Part shown: one piece after another, positions 1 to 9,724 of the stretch
Position numbering within the stretch: position 1 is the stretch's first letter
How the letters are laid out: every line of letters begins with the position of its first letter
Origin: Candidatus Versatilivorator sp.
GTDB lineage: Bacteria > Acidobacteriota > Terriglobia > Versatilivoradales > Versatilivoraceae
NCBI GenBank assembly: GCA_965207735.1
Contig: OZ242296.1
Span: forward strand, 3,072,001-3,136,000
Direction of reading: 5' to 3'
DNA: 64,000 bases
The notes under the pieces: model-generated
What the model was told of the DNA's origin: nothing
What the model saw: the letters and a program-made list of their open reading frames with translations, nothing else
The model's database searches: none
Program-made: the position numbers and the translations under genes

Positions 1-371
1 AGATTGCCCTCCTGAATCAGGTCCATCAGGTTGGAGTAGACCTTGTTGTAGAGAAAGGCGATCTTGACTACGAGCTTGAGGTTTGAGGTGACCAGCCGGC
101 GGGCCGCTTCCCTGTCCTGGCTGTCCCTGTAGAGACGGGCCAGGCGCTGTTCCTCCCCGGCGGTCAGCGGCTGATACTTGCTGATCTCCAGCAGGTAATG
201 GCGAACGGGGTCGTACCGGACCAGCTCGACCCGCTCGCTGTCTTCCAGCGATATCTGCGGTTCCTCGTGTTCCTTCAGGGCCAGCACCCGGCCCAGGATT
301 TTGGCGTTGTCCTCTGGGGTCTCGGCATTCGATCGAGGCGGCGGAGGGGATCTGTCGGGGTCAGGATGCAT
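1..371 (-). CDS. RNA polymerase sigma-70 family factor, RpoH/sigma-32-like (5' part; runs off the window start)
   Basis: Not in the ORF track; manual translation gives ...YDPVRHYLLEISKYQPLTAGEEQRLARLYRDSQDREAARRLVTSNLKLVVKIAFLYNKVYSNLMDLIQEGN (sigma regions 1.2/2.1/2.2). ATG at 371 with AGGAG 9 nt upstream; alternative ATG at 380. Confidence 0.85.
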   Translation of the reverse strand, partial: MHPDPDRSPPPPRSNAETPEDNAKILGRVLALKEHEEPQISLEDSERVELVRYDPVRHYLLEISKYQPLTAGEEQRLARLYRDSQDREAARRLVTSNLKLVVKIAFLYNKVYSNLMDLIQEGN

Positions 372-571
372 GCCTATCATCTCCTGTTCCGACCCTTTGC
401 GGGCTCGGTTCGGAGGCGATCAATCCTATGGCTGCCTGGCGCGGGCGGGAGGAGCGGCACTCAAATCCGACCGGAGAAGGTCGTGCGATGCTACACTGTC
501 ACGCTGAGGATCCCATCCTAACATACTTTCGCCCGCCCCGCCGGGACCCAGCGTTGCGGGATGCGGTCCTG

Positions 572-2434
572 ATGATCTCCATACAGTGGTCGGTTCTCAT
601 CTTGTTTATTGCCACCGACGTGGCTGCGACTGAAACGAGTTCAACCATTAGCCTCAGTGAAGCACACATCGCCGCCGTCAATCGACCCAGGCGGGTCATC
701 GTCAACATCGACGCCTCCTGGCACGTGGACCGGTTCGTCAAGGATCTGCCGGCGCAGGTGGATGACGCCTTCGGGTTTGCCGATGAACCCGGCAGCCACA
801 TCGACAGTATCTGGTGGAGTTGGGGCCAGGGTCAGACGGCGCCCTATCCCAGCAAGATCCTACCGCTATACGATCGCGAAAAGTACCGGCGCTGGGTGAA
901 TCAGGGCATCGATGTCATGCGCCTTTATCTGCAGGCGACCAGAAAACGAGGTTTGGAAGCCTTCTTTTCCTACCGCCTCAACGCAGGAGACTCGGACCTT
1001 GGAACCACCGCCCAGGTTGCCATCAAGCAAGAGCACCCCGAATGGACCATTCGCCCTTGGCCGGATCACCCCACGCTTCATCAAGTGATCTTGTTCAACT
1101 TTGCCTTCAAGCCGGTGAGAGACTATAAGTTGAGCGTGCTGCGGGAGGCAGCCGAGAACTATGAATTTGATGGTATTGAGCTGGACATGCAACGCAGTCC
1201 GCTGCTGCTACCGATTGGACGTCAGTGGGAAAATCGCCATCATCTGACACAGTTCGTGCGCTCGGTTCGAGCCATGCTGCAGGCGCTTGCCCGGAAGCGT
1301 GGCCGGCCCTTTTTGCTGGCCGTACGACTGAGCCATAGGATCGAGAGCTGCCACTTTGACGGCATCGACGTGGAGACCTGGGCAAGGGAGGGTCTGGTCG
1401 ACATGTTCGTGTTAGGCACCCGTTCCCTGGACGTAGATGTTAACGCGTTCCGCTGGATCACTGACGGAACCCACATCAAGCTCTACCCCGTCATTCAGGA
1501 TCACCACGGCCCCGATGGCTACAGTTACCCGCCCATCGAGGTCTTTCGAGGCGTGTTTTCCAACTGGTATCGTCAAGGAGCCGACGGCATTGAGACCTTC
1601 AATTTCGCTTGGGCGCCAGCCATCCCCGGCTATCCCCTCCCGTCGATGAACGCCAAGCAGTCCAAGGTACATCAGCAGGCCTACCGGGAAATGGGTGATC
1701 CTGAACTGATGAAGCACAAGGACAAGGTCTTCGTCCTGTCCCGCCGGGGTGGCGGTCATGGTGATCCCGTGGTGCCCGACCCGGAGAAGTGGTACACGCC
1801 CCGCCATATGTTCGGCTACACCAACATGCTGGCGCCCTTGCCCTGCCCGCTATCCAGCGACGGCAAGACCGACACCTTTCTGAAACTGTTTGTGGGTGAC
1901 GAGCTGAGTGCCGCGGTCGACCGTATTTCGGAATTGAGGCTGCGTATCCTGCTCCATGACGCAGCCGCCGGGGACTATATATCCTCAAATTCCCCGAAGA
2001 AACCCAAACCCCCCGATGACACCAGAATCGAGCGCGGTGCGATCCGCGCCTTCCGCCACACAAGCTTTCTCTACAACTGCCCGTCCAGGAAAGGCATCGA
2101 GAAACGCTTGCAGCTACGGATCCACAATAGCCTGCTGGCCGCGCCGGTTCTGGAAGACGGCTGGTTAGTATTTCACGACCTGAATCCGCGCTTATTCGCC
2201 GTCGGCGACAACCTGATCGGTGCCGTGCTCAGCCAGTCTACGAGCAATCTGGAGGAGTCCATTCGGATCGAGAAACTGGAACTGCAGGTGCGGTATCAGG
2301 TGAATGATGAGTCCAAGCCAGGCACTAAAGCAACGGCTGATGCATTGGGGGGCGACAGCTCATGGAGAGGAGTGCACCCAAGGGTCAACGAGCCGCGACG
2401 GCGGCGGCAATTCCTCCAAGGGTTCAGGTCCTGA
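572..2434 (+). CDS. Exported glycoside-hydrolase-like protein (GHL10-like TIM barrel)
   Basis: ORF 428..2434; signal-peptide-like MISIQWSVLILFIATDVAA at ~572; motifs GLEAFFSYRLN, EHPEW, YEFDGIELDMQR, GADGIETFNF. Start uncertain. Confidence 0.6.
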   Translation: MISIQWSVLILFIATDVAATETSSTISLSEAHIAAVNRPRRVIVNIDASWHVDRFVKDLPAQVDDAFGFADEPGSHIDSIWWSWGQGQTAPYPSKILPLYDREKYRRWVNQGIDVMRLYLQATRKRGLEAFFSYRLNAGDSDLGTTAQVAIKQEHPEWTIRPWPDHPTLHQVILFNFAFKPVRDYKLSVLREAAENYEFDGIELDMQRSPLLLPIGRQWENRHHLTQFVRSVRAMLQALARKRGRPFLLAVRLSHRIESCHFDGIDVETWAREGLVDMFVLGTRSLDVDVNAFRWITDGTHIKLYPVIQDHHGPDGYSYPPIEVFRGVFSNWYRQGADGIETFNFAWAPAIPGYPLPSMNAKQSKVHQQAYREMGDPELMKHKDKVFVLSRRGGGHGDPVVPDPEKWYTPRHMFGYTNMLAPLPCPLSSDGKTDTFLKLFVGDELSAAVDRISELRLRILLHDAAAGDYISSNSPKKPKPPDDTRIERGAIRAFRHTSFLYNCPSRKGIEKRLQLRIHNSLLAAPVLEDGWLVFHDLNPRLFAVGDNLIGAVLSQSTSNLEESIRIEKLELQVRYQVNDESKPGTKATADALGGDSSWRGVHPRVNEPRRRRQFLQGFRS

Positions 2435-2556
2435 AGAGTGCAGTTTTCCCGGCAGGGGCAAACCCACCCCGGCAGCCGCTTCGCGGCCGCCACCTCTCCA
2501 GGGACGGGAATGCCCACCAGCCACTCAACCTGAAGAATAGCCGAAGCCGGGCCGGC

Positions 2557-2585
2557 TTGACGCTCCTCCTTTCCTCCTTTAAACT
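2557..2585 (+). promoter_or_regulatory. Sigma70-type promoter
   Basis: TTGACG-17nt-TAAACT, followed by the RBS TAAGGAG before ATG 2621. Confidence 0.55.
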
Positions 2586-2620
2586 CAGTTGAGGACAAAG
2601 AAGAATAAGGAGTTGCGCCG

Positions 2621-3319
2621 ATGTTTCCCATGTTCGACCCCATGTACTTCGTGTTTATGGCTCCCGGCCTGATCCTGGCCTTGTGGGCGAGTTGGAGGGT
2701 GAAGTCCAACTTCAGGAAATACTCGGCCGTGCGATCCATGCGCGGGCTCACAGGGGCCCAGGCGGCGGAAGAGTTGCTGCGGCAGGGCGGTGTCCGGGGC
2801 GTGCGCATCGAGCGCGCTCACGGCATGCTCTCCGACCACTACAACCCGGTCACCCGGACCCTGGCCCTTTCCGACGGTGTTTACGGCTCGACGTCCGTGG
2901 CGGCCATCGGCATCGCCAGCCACGAGGCGGGTCACGCTCTCCAGCACGCTCAACACTACGGACCGCTTCGGCTGCGCTCGGCTCTGGTTCCCACTGCCGG
3001 CATTGGCTCCAACATCGGTTATGTCGTGATGTTATTGGGCCTTTTCATCGATCCGGCCCTGGTGCTGATCGGAGCCGTCCTCTTTTCGGCGGTGCTGCTG
3101 TTCCAGATCGTCACTCTTCCCGTGGAGTTTGACGCCTCCAGGCGCGCCAAGGCCCTGGTGATGGAGCAGGGCCTGATCTATCCGGGTGAGCGCGAAGGGA
3201 TGGACAAGGTGTTGAACGCCGCCGCCCTGACCTACGTGGCGGCGGTGGTGAGCACACTGCTGACGCTGCTCTACTTCCTGGTGCAAGCCGGTTTGTTGGG
3301 GGGCAGGTCGGACGACTGA
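2621..3319 (+). CDS. Membrane zinc metallopeptidase (YugP-like)
   Basis: LSDHYNP, HEAGHALQH (HExxH), TLPVEFDASRRA, LNAAALTYVAA motifs; TM helices. Confidence 0.9.
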   Translation: MFPMFDPMYFVFMAPGLILALWASWRVKSNFRKYSAVRSMRGLTGAQAAEELLRQGGVRGVRIERAHGMLSDHYNPVTRTLALSDGVYGSTSVAAIGIASHEAGHALQHAQHYGPLRLRSALVPTAGIGSNIGYVVMLLGLFIDPALVLIGAVLFSAVLLFQIVTLPVEFDASRRAKALVMEQGLIYPGEREGMDKVLNAAALTYVAAVVSTLLTLLYFLVQAGLLGGRSDD

Positions 3320-3353
3320 GAGGCTGCAGCAAGGTTGTTGGGGTGCGAAAGCC

Positions 3354-3393
3354 AAAAGGGGCGCCGCGGCAGGTTCCGCCGGCGCCCCTTTTT
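3354..3393. terminator. Bidirectional intrinsic terminator
   Basis: AAAAGGGGCGCC...GGCGCCCCTTTTT hairpin between convergent genes. Confidence 0.8.
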
Positions 3394-3428
3394 CTTATTA
3401 CCTTTTCCTTGTCACCGCCGGTCCCGGC

Positions 3429-4178
3429 CTAAATTCCCCGGCTCAGAATCTCCGGCCCATTCTCGGTGACGGCGACACTGTGCTCGAAATGGGCCGAGGG
3501 TTTGCCGTCCTGGGTCACCACCGTCCAGCGATCGGGCAACACTCGGACCTTGTCCGTGCCCTGGCTCACCATGGGCTCGATGGCCAGGACCAGCCCGGGC
3601 TTCAGCAATATCCCGCGACCGTTGACCACGTAGTTGAGCACGGCCGGTTCCTCGTGCAGGTTTCTCCCGATGCCGTGCCCGGAAAACTCCTTCACCAGGG
3701 AATAGCCCCGGCCTTCGGCGTGGGCCTGGATGGCTGCCGAGATATCTCCCAGATGGTTGCCGGGAACCGCCTTCTCGATCCCCAGCAACAGCGACTCCCG
3801 CGTGGTCTGCAACAGACGTTCGGTAGCCGGCGAAATGCGGCCGACGGGCAGGGTCAGGGCAGCGTCTCCATAGAAACCCCGGTGGAATACTCCATAGTCC
3901 ACGCTGACGATATCGCCTTCCTTCAGAACCTGCTTGGAGGGGATCCCGTGCACCACCTGGTGGTTTACCGAGGTGCAGAGAGTGGCCGGGAATCCGTTGT
4001 AGCCCTTGAAGGCGGCCCTGGCCTTGCGCTTGAGAGTCAGATCCTCCGCAATCTTGTCCAATTCCAGGGTGGTGATGCCGGGATGGCAGTGGCGCTTGAG
4101 GGTGTTGAGAATGTCGACCACGATCTGGTTGCATTCCCTCAGGATCGCAATTTCGTTGGCCGACTTCAGGTGAATCAT
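3429..4178 (-). CDS. map: Methionine aminopeptidase type I
   Basis: CTSVNHQVVHGIP, GDIVSVD, GHGIGRNLHEEP, AIEPM, SAHFEHSV. Confidence 0.97.
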   Translation of the reverse strand: MIHLKSANEIAILRECNQIVVDILNTLKRHCHPGITTLELDKIAEDLTLKRKARAAFKGYNGFPATLCTSVNHQVVHGIPSKQVLKEGDIVSVDYGVFHRGFYGDAALTLPVGRISPATERLLQTTRESLLLGIEKAVPGNHLGDISAAIQAHAEGRGYSLVKEFSGHGIGRNLHEEPAVLNYVVNGRGILLKPGLVLAIEPMVSQGTDKVRVLPDRWTVVTQDGKPSAHFEHSVAVTENGPEILSRGI

Positions 4179-4369
4179 GGATTGCCGCTCCGGGAAAAGT
4201 GTTGGATACCCTCGGCCCGAGCCTCTTCTCGGGGGGATGTCCCCCCCTGCTCAAGCCATTCCATGATTGATAAAACCCCCTGGGATGTCAAGGCGCTGGG
4301 ACCTGGAGTCCGATTGACAATCCGGGGCCAAACGTTTAAGTTTTCTCGACGTTCAGAGGGAGGATCGGA

Positions 4370-5776
4370 ATGAGAAAGCGAGCGGAACCGGTTTTGGATT
4401 CCGCGGTGGACGATGCGATCGAATCCCTGCGGTCGTTGATTCGCCAGGCCCATCGACTGGTCATCTTCCGGGCCGTCCTGAGAGACCCGGTGGTGGCGGC
4501 TCTGCTCGATTTTCTGGAAGGAATCGCCGGCAGCCGGGCCCACACCGCCAAGGTGGCCAAGCGGGTTGCCGCCAGCTATGCCGCTTTTTTTGCCGGATTG
4601 GCCTCGCAAGCCGTTTCCGCGCCGGAAGCAGCCGTGGGCACTCCCTGGCAGAACCACCTGTTGAACCTGGTGCTGCGGGACGAGAATCCCTTTTCCCGAG
4701 GATCCGAAGGGCACGGCCTGGACCGCTTGGGTCCCTCTCTGGTCCTCCAGGTGGAGGCGGACCTGGCCCGGCTGCGGGAGCTCCATTGCTTGCGGGGCGA
4801 ACAGGTGGCGGTTGCCTGCCAAGCGATGGGCTGGGACGGAACCTGGCCGGGTTGGGACCGGCTGTGGGCGGAAGAGGCTTCTTGCAAACCGCTCTCCGAC
4901 CAGCGTCTGGAGATGAAACAGCGCCTGAGCCGGGCGTCCGACTGGGGTCCGCTGGTGACCGAATTGGCGGCCTATTACTCGCGGAACGGCGCCGGAATAT
5001 TCGGCGAGTTCCGGGCATTTCGCTGGAACCCGCAATCCCCGGGCGGGTCGTTGCAGGGCATTGCATTCCCGGACCCCATTACCCTGGAGGACCTGGTGGG
5101 GTACGAGGACCAGAAGCAGTGGCTGGCTCGGAATACCGGCTACTTCCTGGCGGGCCACCCGGCCAACAATGTCTTCGTCTACGGCGATCGAGGGACCGGG
5201 AAATCCTCCGCCATCAAGGCGCTCTTGAATCGCTTTGCCGGATCTTCCCTGCGCATGGTGGAAGTCTCCCGCGACGATCTGCATGACTTGCCCCGGGTGA
5301 TAGGCCTGCTCCGGGACAGGCCGCAGCACTTCATCGTTTTCGTGGACGACCTGTCATTCGAGGAAGGGGAGACTCAATACAAGACCTTGAAGGCCGTTCT
5401 GGAAGGAAGCCTGGAATCGCGCCCCGGCAACGTGGTGGTCTATGCCACCTCCAACCGCCGCCACTTGATTCGGGAGTTCTTCTCGGACCGCAACGACTTG
5501 CAGGGCGATGAGATCAGGCACCAGGACACGCTGCAGGAAAAGGTCTCCCTGGCCGACCGCTTCGGCATCCAGTTGTCCTTTGTGGCTCCCGATCAGAAAC
5601 AGTACCTGGCCATCGTTCACGCCATGGCCGGGAGGCGCGGCCTGACCTTGAAGCCCGGCGACGTGGAACGGCGTGCGCTGCAATGGGCCCAGCGCTACAA
5701 CGCCCGTTCCGGGCGCACAGCCCGTCAGTTCATGGACTGCCTCTGCGCAGAAGTGGATAGCGGCAAGGGCAAGTAA
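4370..5776 (+). CDS. DUF815-family AAA+ ATPase
   Basis: YGDRGTGKSS Walker A, FVDDLSFE, LKAVLEGSL, YATSNRRHL, SLADRFG, RSGRTARQF; upstream TTGACA(4314)-17-TAAGTT. Confidence 0.88.
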   Translation: MRKRAEPVLDSAVDDAIESLRSLIRQAHRLVIFRAVLRDPVVAALLDFLEGIAGSRAHTAKVAKRVAASYAAFFAGLASQAVSAPEAAVGTPWQNHLLNLVLRDENPFSRGSEGHGLDRLGPSLVLQVEADLARLRELHCLRGEQVAVACQAMGWDGTWPGWDRLWAEEASCKPLSDQRLEMKQRLSRASDWGPLVTELAAYYSRNGAGIFGEFRAFRWNPQSPGGSLQGIAFPDPITLEDLVGYEDQKQWLARNTGYFLAGHPANNVFVYGDRGTGKSSAIKALLNRFAGSSLRMVEVSRDDLHDLPRVIGLLRDRPQHFIVFVDDLSFEEGETQYKTLKAVLEGSLESRPGNVVVYATSNRRHLIREFFSDRNDLQGDEIRHQDTLQEKVSLADRFGIQLSFVAPDQKQYLAIVHAMAGRRGLTLKPGDVERRALQWAQRYNARSGRTARQFMDCLCAEVDSGKGK

Positions 5777-5812
5777 CCCCCCGCATTGCAAACTCTCAAG
5801 GGAATGCCGTCA

Positions 5813-6057
5813 GCCCGCATTTCTCACCAGGGGGCATGATCATGGCGCAGGATTTTTCCCTTCAGCGCGTGCTCGCGACCGAAGAGCGTAGCGGTCACTA
5901 CGCGCGAGGGAGCATGTGCGGGCTGAAGGGAAAAAGACAAGCCAGGGCATGCCCAGCGCTGTCTGTTACCCACAAGCCCTTACCATGGAGCCAATCAACG
6001 TAGTGAAGATAAACTGCTTTTCGTCATGGCACCAGCGACCTGGTGAGAAATGCGGGG
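5813..6057. mobile_element. MITE family A, copy 1
   Basis: 18-bp TIR CCCGCATTTCTCACCAGG (5814-5831) / CCTGGTGAGAAATGCGGG (6039-6056); near-identical to 20067-20311; non-coding, between convergent genes. Confidence 0.85.
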
Positions 6058-6079
6058 GCAGGGGTCGCCACCGGAACGG

Positions 6080-8356
6080 TTACTTCCTGGGCAGGTAGTA
6101 GCGGGTGACATATTCGGTCACCATGCGGTCGGTGTTGTACCGCGGGATCAGGGTTTGCATGGCCCGGCGGATCCTGGCGATCCATTTCCTGGGAATTCCC
6201 CGAGAGTCCCGCTCGTAAAACAGCGGGACGATGCTCCGGCTCAGAGTCCGGTAGAGCGACTCCAGGTCGGCACGGTCCTGGGCGGCCTCGTCGGCCGGGT
6301 GCTCATCCGCCCCGATGGCCCACCCGTTGGCGCCGTCATAGCCTTCCCTCCACCAGCCGTCCAGGACGCTCAGATTCAATCCCCCGTGCACACTCACCTT
6401 CTGACCGCTGGTTCCGCTGGCCTCCAGGGGGCGGCGGGGGGTGTTGAGCCAGAGGTCCGCGCCCGAGATCATGCGACGGGCCACGTTCATGTCGTAGTTT
6501 TCCAGGAAGACGACCTTGCCGAGGAATTCGCTCTGTTTGCTGATGTCGAGGATGCGCTTGATGAATTCCTTTCCCTGGATATCCTGGGGATGGGCCTTTC
6601 CGGCGAAGATCAGCTGGACGGGTCGCTCCGGGTCATTGACCAACTCAGCCATTCGCTGAAGATCGCTGAAGATCAGGGGAGCCCTCTTGTAGGTGGCGAA
6701 ACGCCGAGCAAAGCCGATGGTGAGAGCATCCGGCGAGAGCAGGGTCTCGAAGGCCCGGGCTCTCTCGGTGCCGCTGCCGGGGAAGGTGTCCGGCACATGC
6801 CGGCGGACAAATTCGATCAGCTGCCGGCGGAGCTGGTAGCGAAGCGCCCAGATCTCCTCGTCGCTGATCGCCTCCTCGTCTGAAACCACTCTCCAGAGAT
6901 CCGGGTACATCAACCGGGCCTCCCACTCCGGCCCCAGGTGCCGCTTCCAGAAGCGCCTCGCAGGCCGCGACATCCAGCCCAGCATGTGGACACCATTGGT
7001 AATGTGTCCGATCGACGACCCCCTGTAGGTTGGGGACTCCAGCAACTCTCTCCACATTTCCCGGCTGACCTGGCCGTGGAGCTGGCTGACCCCGTTGGCT
7101 CCTCTCGACATTTTGAGCGCCAGCACGGTCATGCAGAAAAACTCCTTGGGGTCGGCCGGCCGGGTGCGCCCGTAGCCCAGGAACTGTTGAGCCTCCATGC
7201 CCAGCAGCGACCGGTAGCCGGCAAAGGCGTATTCCATCAATTCCGGACTGAAACGGTCGTGACCCGCGGCCACCGGCGTGTGGGTAGTGAAGACGCAGCG
7301 ATCCCTCACCCGCCTTTCCGCCTCACTGGGGTCGGCCCCCGAATCCAGTTGCTGCCGCAGGAGCTCCAGAATCAGAAAGGCGGAGTGGCCTTCGTTCAGG
7401 TGGAAAACGGCCGGAGAGACCCCCAAAGCCTGAAGAAGACGTACGCCGCCGATTCCCATGACCATCTCCTGGCCGATGCGAGTCGTCATGTCACCGCCGT
7501 AGACTCTGGAGGCGAGGCCGCGATAGGCGCTGTCGTTTTGGGGAACATCGGTGTCGAGCAGGTAGATGTCGGCGCGGCCCACCCGGAGCCGCCAGGCCTG
7601 GAACCAGATCCGGCTCTGCGAGAACTCCACCCACAGCAGAAGAGGCTCGCCCTGCTTGTCCAGCACCGGCTCCAGTGGCAGGTTGTCTTTGTCCAGGGAG
7701 GGATAGTGCTCCTCCTGCCATCCGCCGTGGCTGATGAGCTGCTCAAAATAGCCCTGGCGGTAGAACAGGGTGACTCCAATGAAAGGCACCCCCAGGTCGC
7801 TGGCTGACTTGGCGTGGTCCCCCGCCAGCACTCCCAGGCCCCCGCAATAAATGGGCAGGGACTCGTGCAGGGCAAATTCCGCGCAAAAGTAGGCAATGGG
7901 CTTCTTGAGGAAAGGAGCCGCGTAGGCCGAGCACCAGGTCCGCTCAGGTGTCAGATACTCGCGGTAGGCCACCAGAACCTCCCGGGTGCGGGCAGCAAAG
8001 TCCCTGTCCATCAGGCGCGACTTCAATTCCGCCTTGGAGACCGACCCCAACACCGCCACCGCATTGTGGCGGGAGGAATTCCAGACCAGCCGCGACAGCT
8101 CGGCGAATATCTCCTGGGCATCCGGGTTCCAGCTCCACCAGAGGTTCCGACTCAGCTCCTCGAGCTCGCGGATCGTTACCTCCAGATCGAGCAGACTCTC
8201 CAGATACTTCGTCTTTTCCTGGACGCGCACGCCGGCTTTCTCCCCGCGGCCAGGGGCCGCATAGAGGGCGTAATCTATAGCACTTCCCCTGGAAAGATTC
8301 CAGAGAGGGTGGGCGGAAGGAGGCAGGGCGAGCCGGGAGCCATGCCGCCTCGCCAC
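6080..8356 (-). CDS. glgP: Alpha-glucan (glycogen) phosphorylase
   Basis: GGLGVLAGDH, HLNEGH, FTTHTPV, GFARRFATYKRA, EASGTSGQK (PLP lysine). True start probably near 8230. Confidence 0.95.
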   Translation of the reverse strand: MARRHGSRLALPPSAHPLWNLSRGSAIDYALYAAPGRGEKAGVRVQEKTKYLESLLDLEVTIRELEELSRNLWWSWNPDAQEIFAELSRLVWNSSRHNAVAVLGSVSKAELKSRLMDRDFAARTREVLVAYREYLTPERTWCSAYAAPFLKKPIAYFCAEFALHESLPIYCGGLGVLAGDHAKSASDLGVPFIGVTLFYRQGYFEQLISHGGWQEEHYPSLDKDNLPLEPVLDKQGEPLLLWVEFSQSRIWFQAWRLRVGRADIYLLDTDVPQNDSAYRGLASRVYGGDMTTRIGQEMVMGIGGVRLLQALGVSPAVFHLNEGHSAFLILELLRQQLDSGADPSEAERRVRDRCVFTTHTPVAAGHDRFSPELMEYAFAGYRSLLGMEAQQFLGYGRTRPADPKEFFCMTVLALKMSRGANGVSQLHGQVSREMWRELLESPTYRGSSIGHITNGVHMLGWMSRPARRFWKRHLGPEWEARLMYPDLWRVVSDEEAISDEEIWALRYQLRRQLIEFVRRHVPDTFPGSGTERARAFETLLSPDALTIGFARRFATYKRAPLIFSDLQRMAELVNDPERPVQLIFAGKAHPQDIQGKEFIKRILDISKQSEFLGKVVFLENYDMNVARRMISGADLWLNTPRRPLEASGTSGQKVSVHGGLNLSVLDGWWREGYDGANGWAIGADEHPADEAAQDRADLESLYRTLSRSIVPLFYERDSRGIPRKWIARIRRAMQTLIPRYNTDRMVTEYVTRYYLPRK

Positions 8357-8464
8357 CGCCTTGCTACCGACACGCTAACGACACGATGTTGCCGGCCTCG
8401 GTTGACGATTTCAACCGGCCTCTGCTAGGCTCCGCTGGTCCCCCGGCGAGAAACGTGGGCTAAT

Positions 8465-9724
8465 ATGAGCAAGCAATTACCCGACATTTCCCCGCCCCCA
8501 CCCCCTGTTGGCAAGCCTCCGCTTCCGACGGGCCACAAGTACTTCTGGTTCTCGATCGGCTTGAGCCTGTTGGTGGGCATGACCATCAACCTGCTGCCGG
8601 TCACCTTCAAGGTCTTCGAGACGCTGTTCCAGGCCGGCTATGAAATGCAGGGCAGGGCCGAGGCGCTCTTTTTCATCGGCGCACTTGCCGGAAACATCCT
8701 GGCCGGGCAGGTCACCCATCGCAGCGGTCCGGCCGTGTCGGTGAAACGGGGCCTGGCCGTCGGCGCACTGGGCTTTCTCTTGCTGGGAGGCGCCCAGAAC
8801 TGGCTCATGGCGCAAGCCGGCGCAGTCCTCATGGGAGCAGGGCAGGTCTGGCTCACCGTGGTCTACGGCACCCTCACGGCCCAACACTTCCAGGAGTCCC
8901 GCCAGCGGGTCTTTGCCGCTCTGGCCTTGACCATGGCGATTGGCGGCACCCTGGCTCCGCTGGGACTGGGGGCCTACGTGGACCATGCCTGGATGGAACG
9001 AGGCTGGCCTTGGTGGATTCCCTACGCCGGCCTGATGATCCTATATCTGTTGACTCGGCTGGCGGTTCCTTCGATTCCGGAGTGGACTCCCACGGCAACA
9101 AGCGGAGGTGACTCATCGCCGGGCCGTCGCCTGTTTCGTTCTCCCTCCCTGTGGCTCATCGGCCTGGCTTTCACTCTGCACGGCATTGGGCAGATGGGTG
9201 CGGTGGTCTGGCTGGGACGGCTTTTCGCCAAGCGACTGCTTCTCTCCGAGACCCAAGTGGGATCCATGATCGCCGTCAACATCACCGGATTCATCGCGGG
9301 ACGGGCGATCTGGACCTGGGTCGGGGGGCGCATCCCCGAGCGCATCCTGCTGGGTTGCAGCGCCGGCGTGGGAGCCATCTTCTACGTGCTGACCATTCTA
9401 AGCGGCAACTACCAGCTCGCATTGGCGATGATCTTCGTTGCGGGTATGGGAATGAGCGGCGACGCCATCTCCCTGCAGTCCTTCACGGCGTTGCGCTTCC
9501 GCCGCCAGGCCGCCCGGGCCTTCGGCGTTACCCAGGCTCTGGGGCACCTGGGCGCGGCCGTGGGACCCTACTACATCGGCTTGGTGGGAGACCACAGCGG
9601 GACCCTGGAGCAGGGGATATGGGTCATCCCCATCACCATCGGCACCCTTTCCCTCCTCGGATTCCTCTGGCACCTGCTGGACCGATCTCCCCGGGTACCG
9701 GAAGTCGCTCAGGATAGGCGTTGA
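8465..9724 (+). CDS. MFS transporter (possibly sugar)
   Basis: About 12 hydrophobic helices, 419 aa; divergent from glgP. Confidence 0.8.
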   Translation: MSKQLPDISPPPPPVGKPPLPTGHKYFWFSIGLSLLVGMTINLLPVTFKVFETLFQAGYEMQGRAEALFFIGALAGNILAGQVTHRSGPAVSVKRGLAVGALGFLLLGGAQNWLMAQAGAVLMGAGQVWLTVVYGTLTAQHFQESRQRVFAALALTMAIGGTLAPLGLGAYVDHAWMERGWPWWIPYAGLMILYLLTRLAVPSIPEWTPTATSGGDSSPGRRLFRSPSLWLIGLAFTLHGIGQMGAVVWLGRLFAKRLLLSETQVGSMIAVNITGFIAGRAIWTWVGGRIPERILLGCSAGVGAIFYVLTILSGNYQLALAMIFVAGMGMSGDAISLQSFTALRFRRQAARAFGVTQALGHLGAAVGPYYIGLVGDHSGTLEQGIWVIPITIGTLSLLGFLWHLLDRSPRVPEVAQDRR

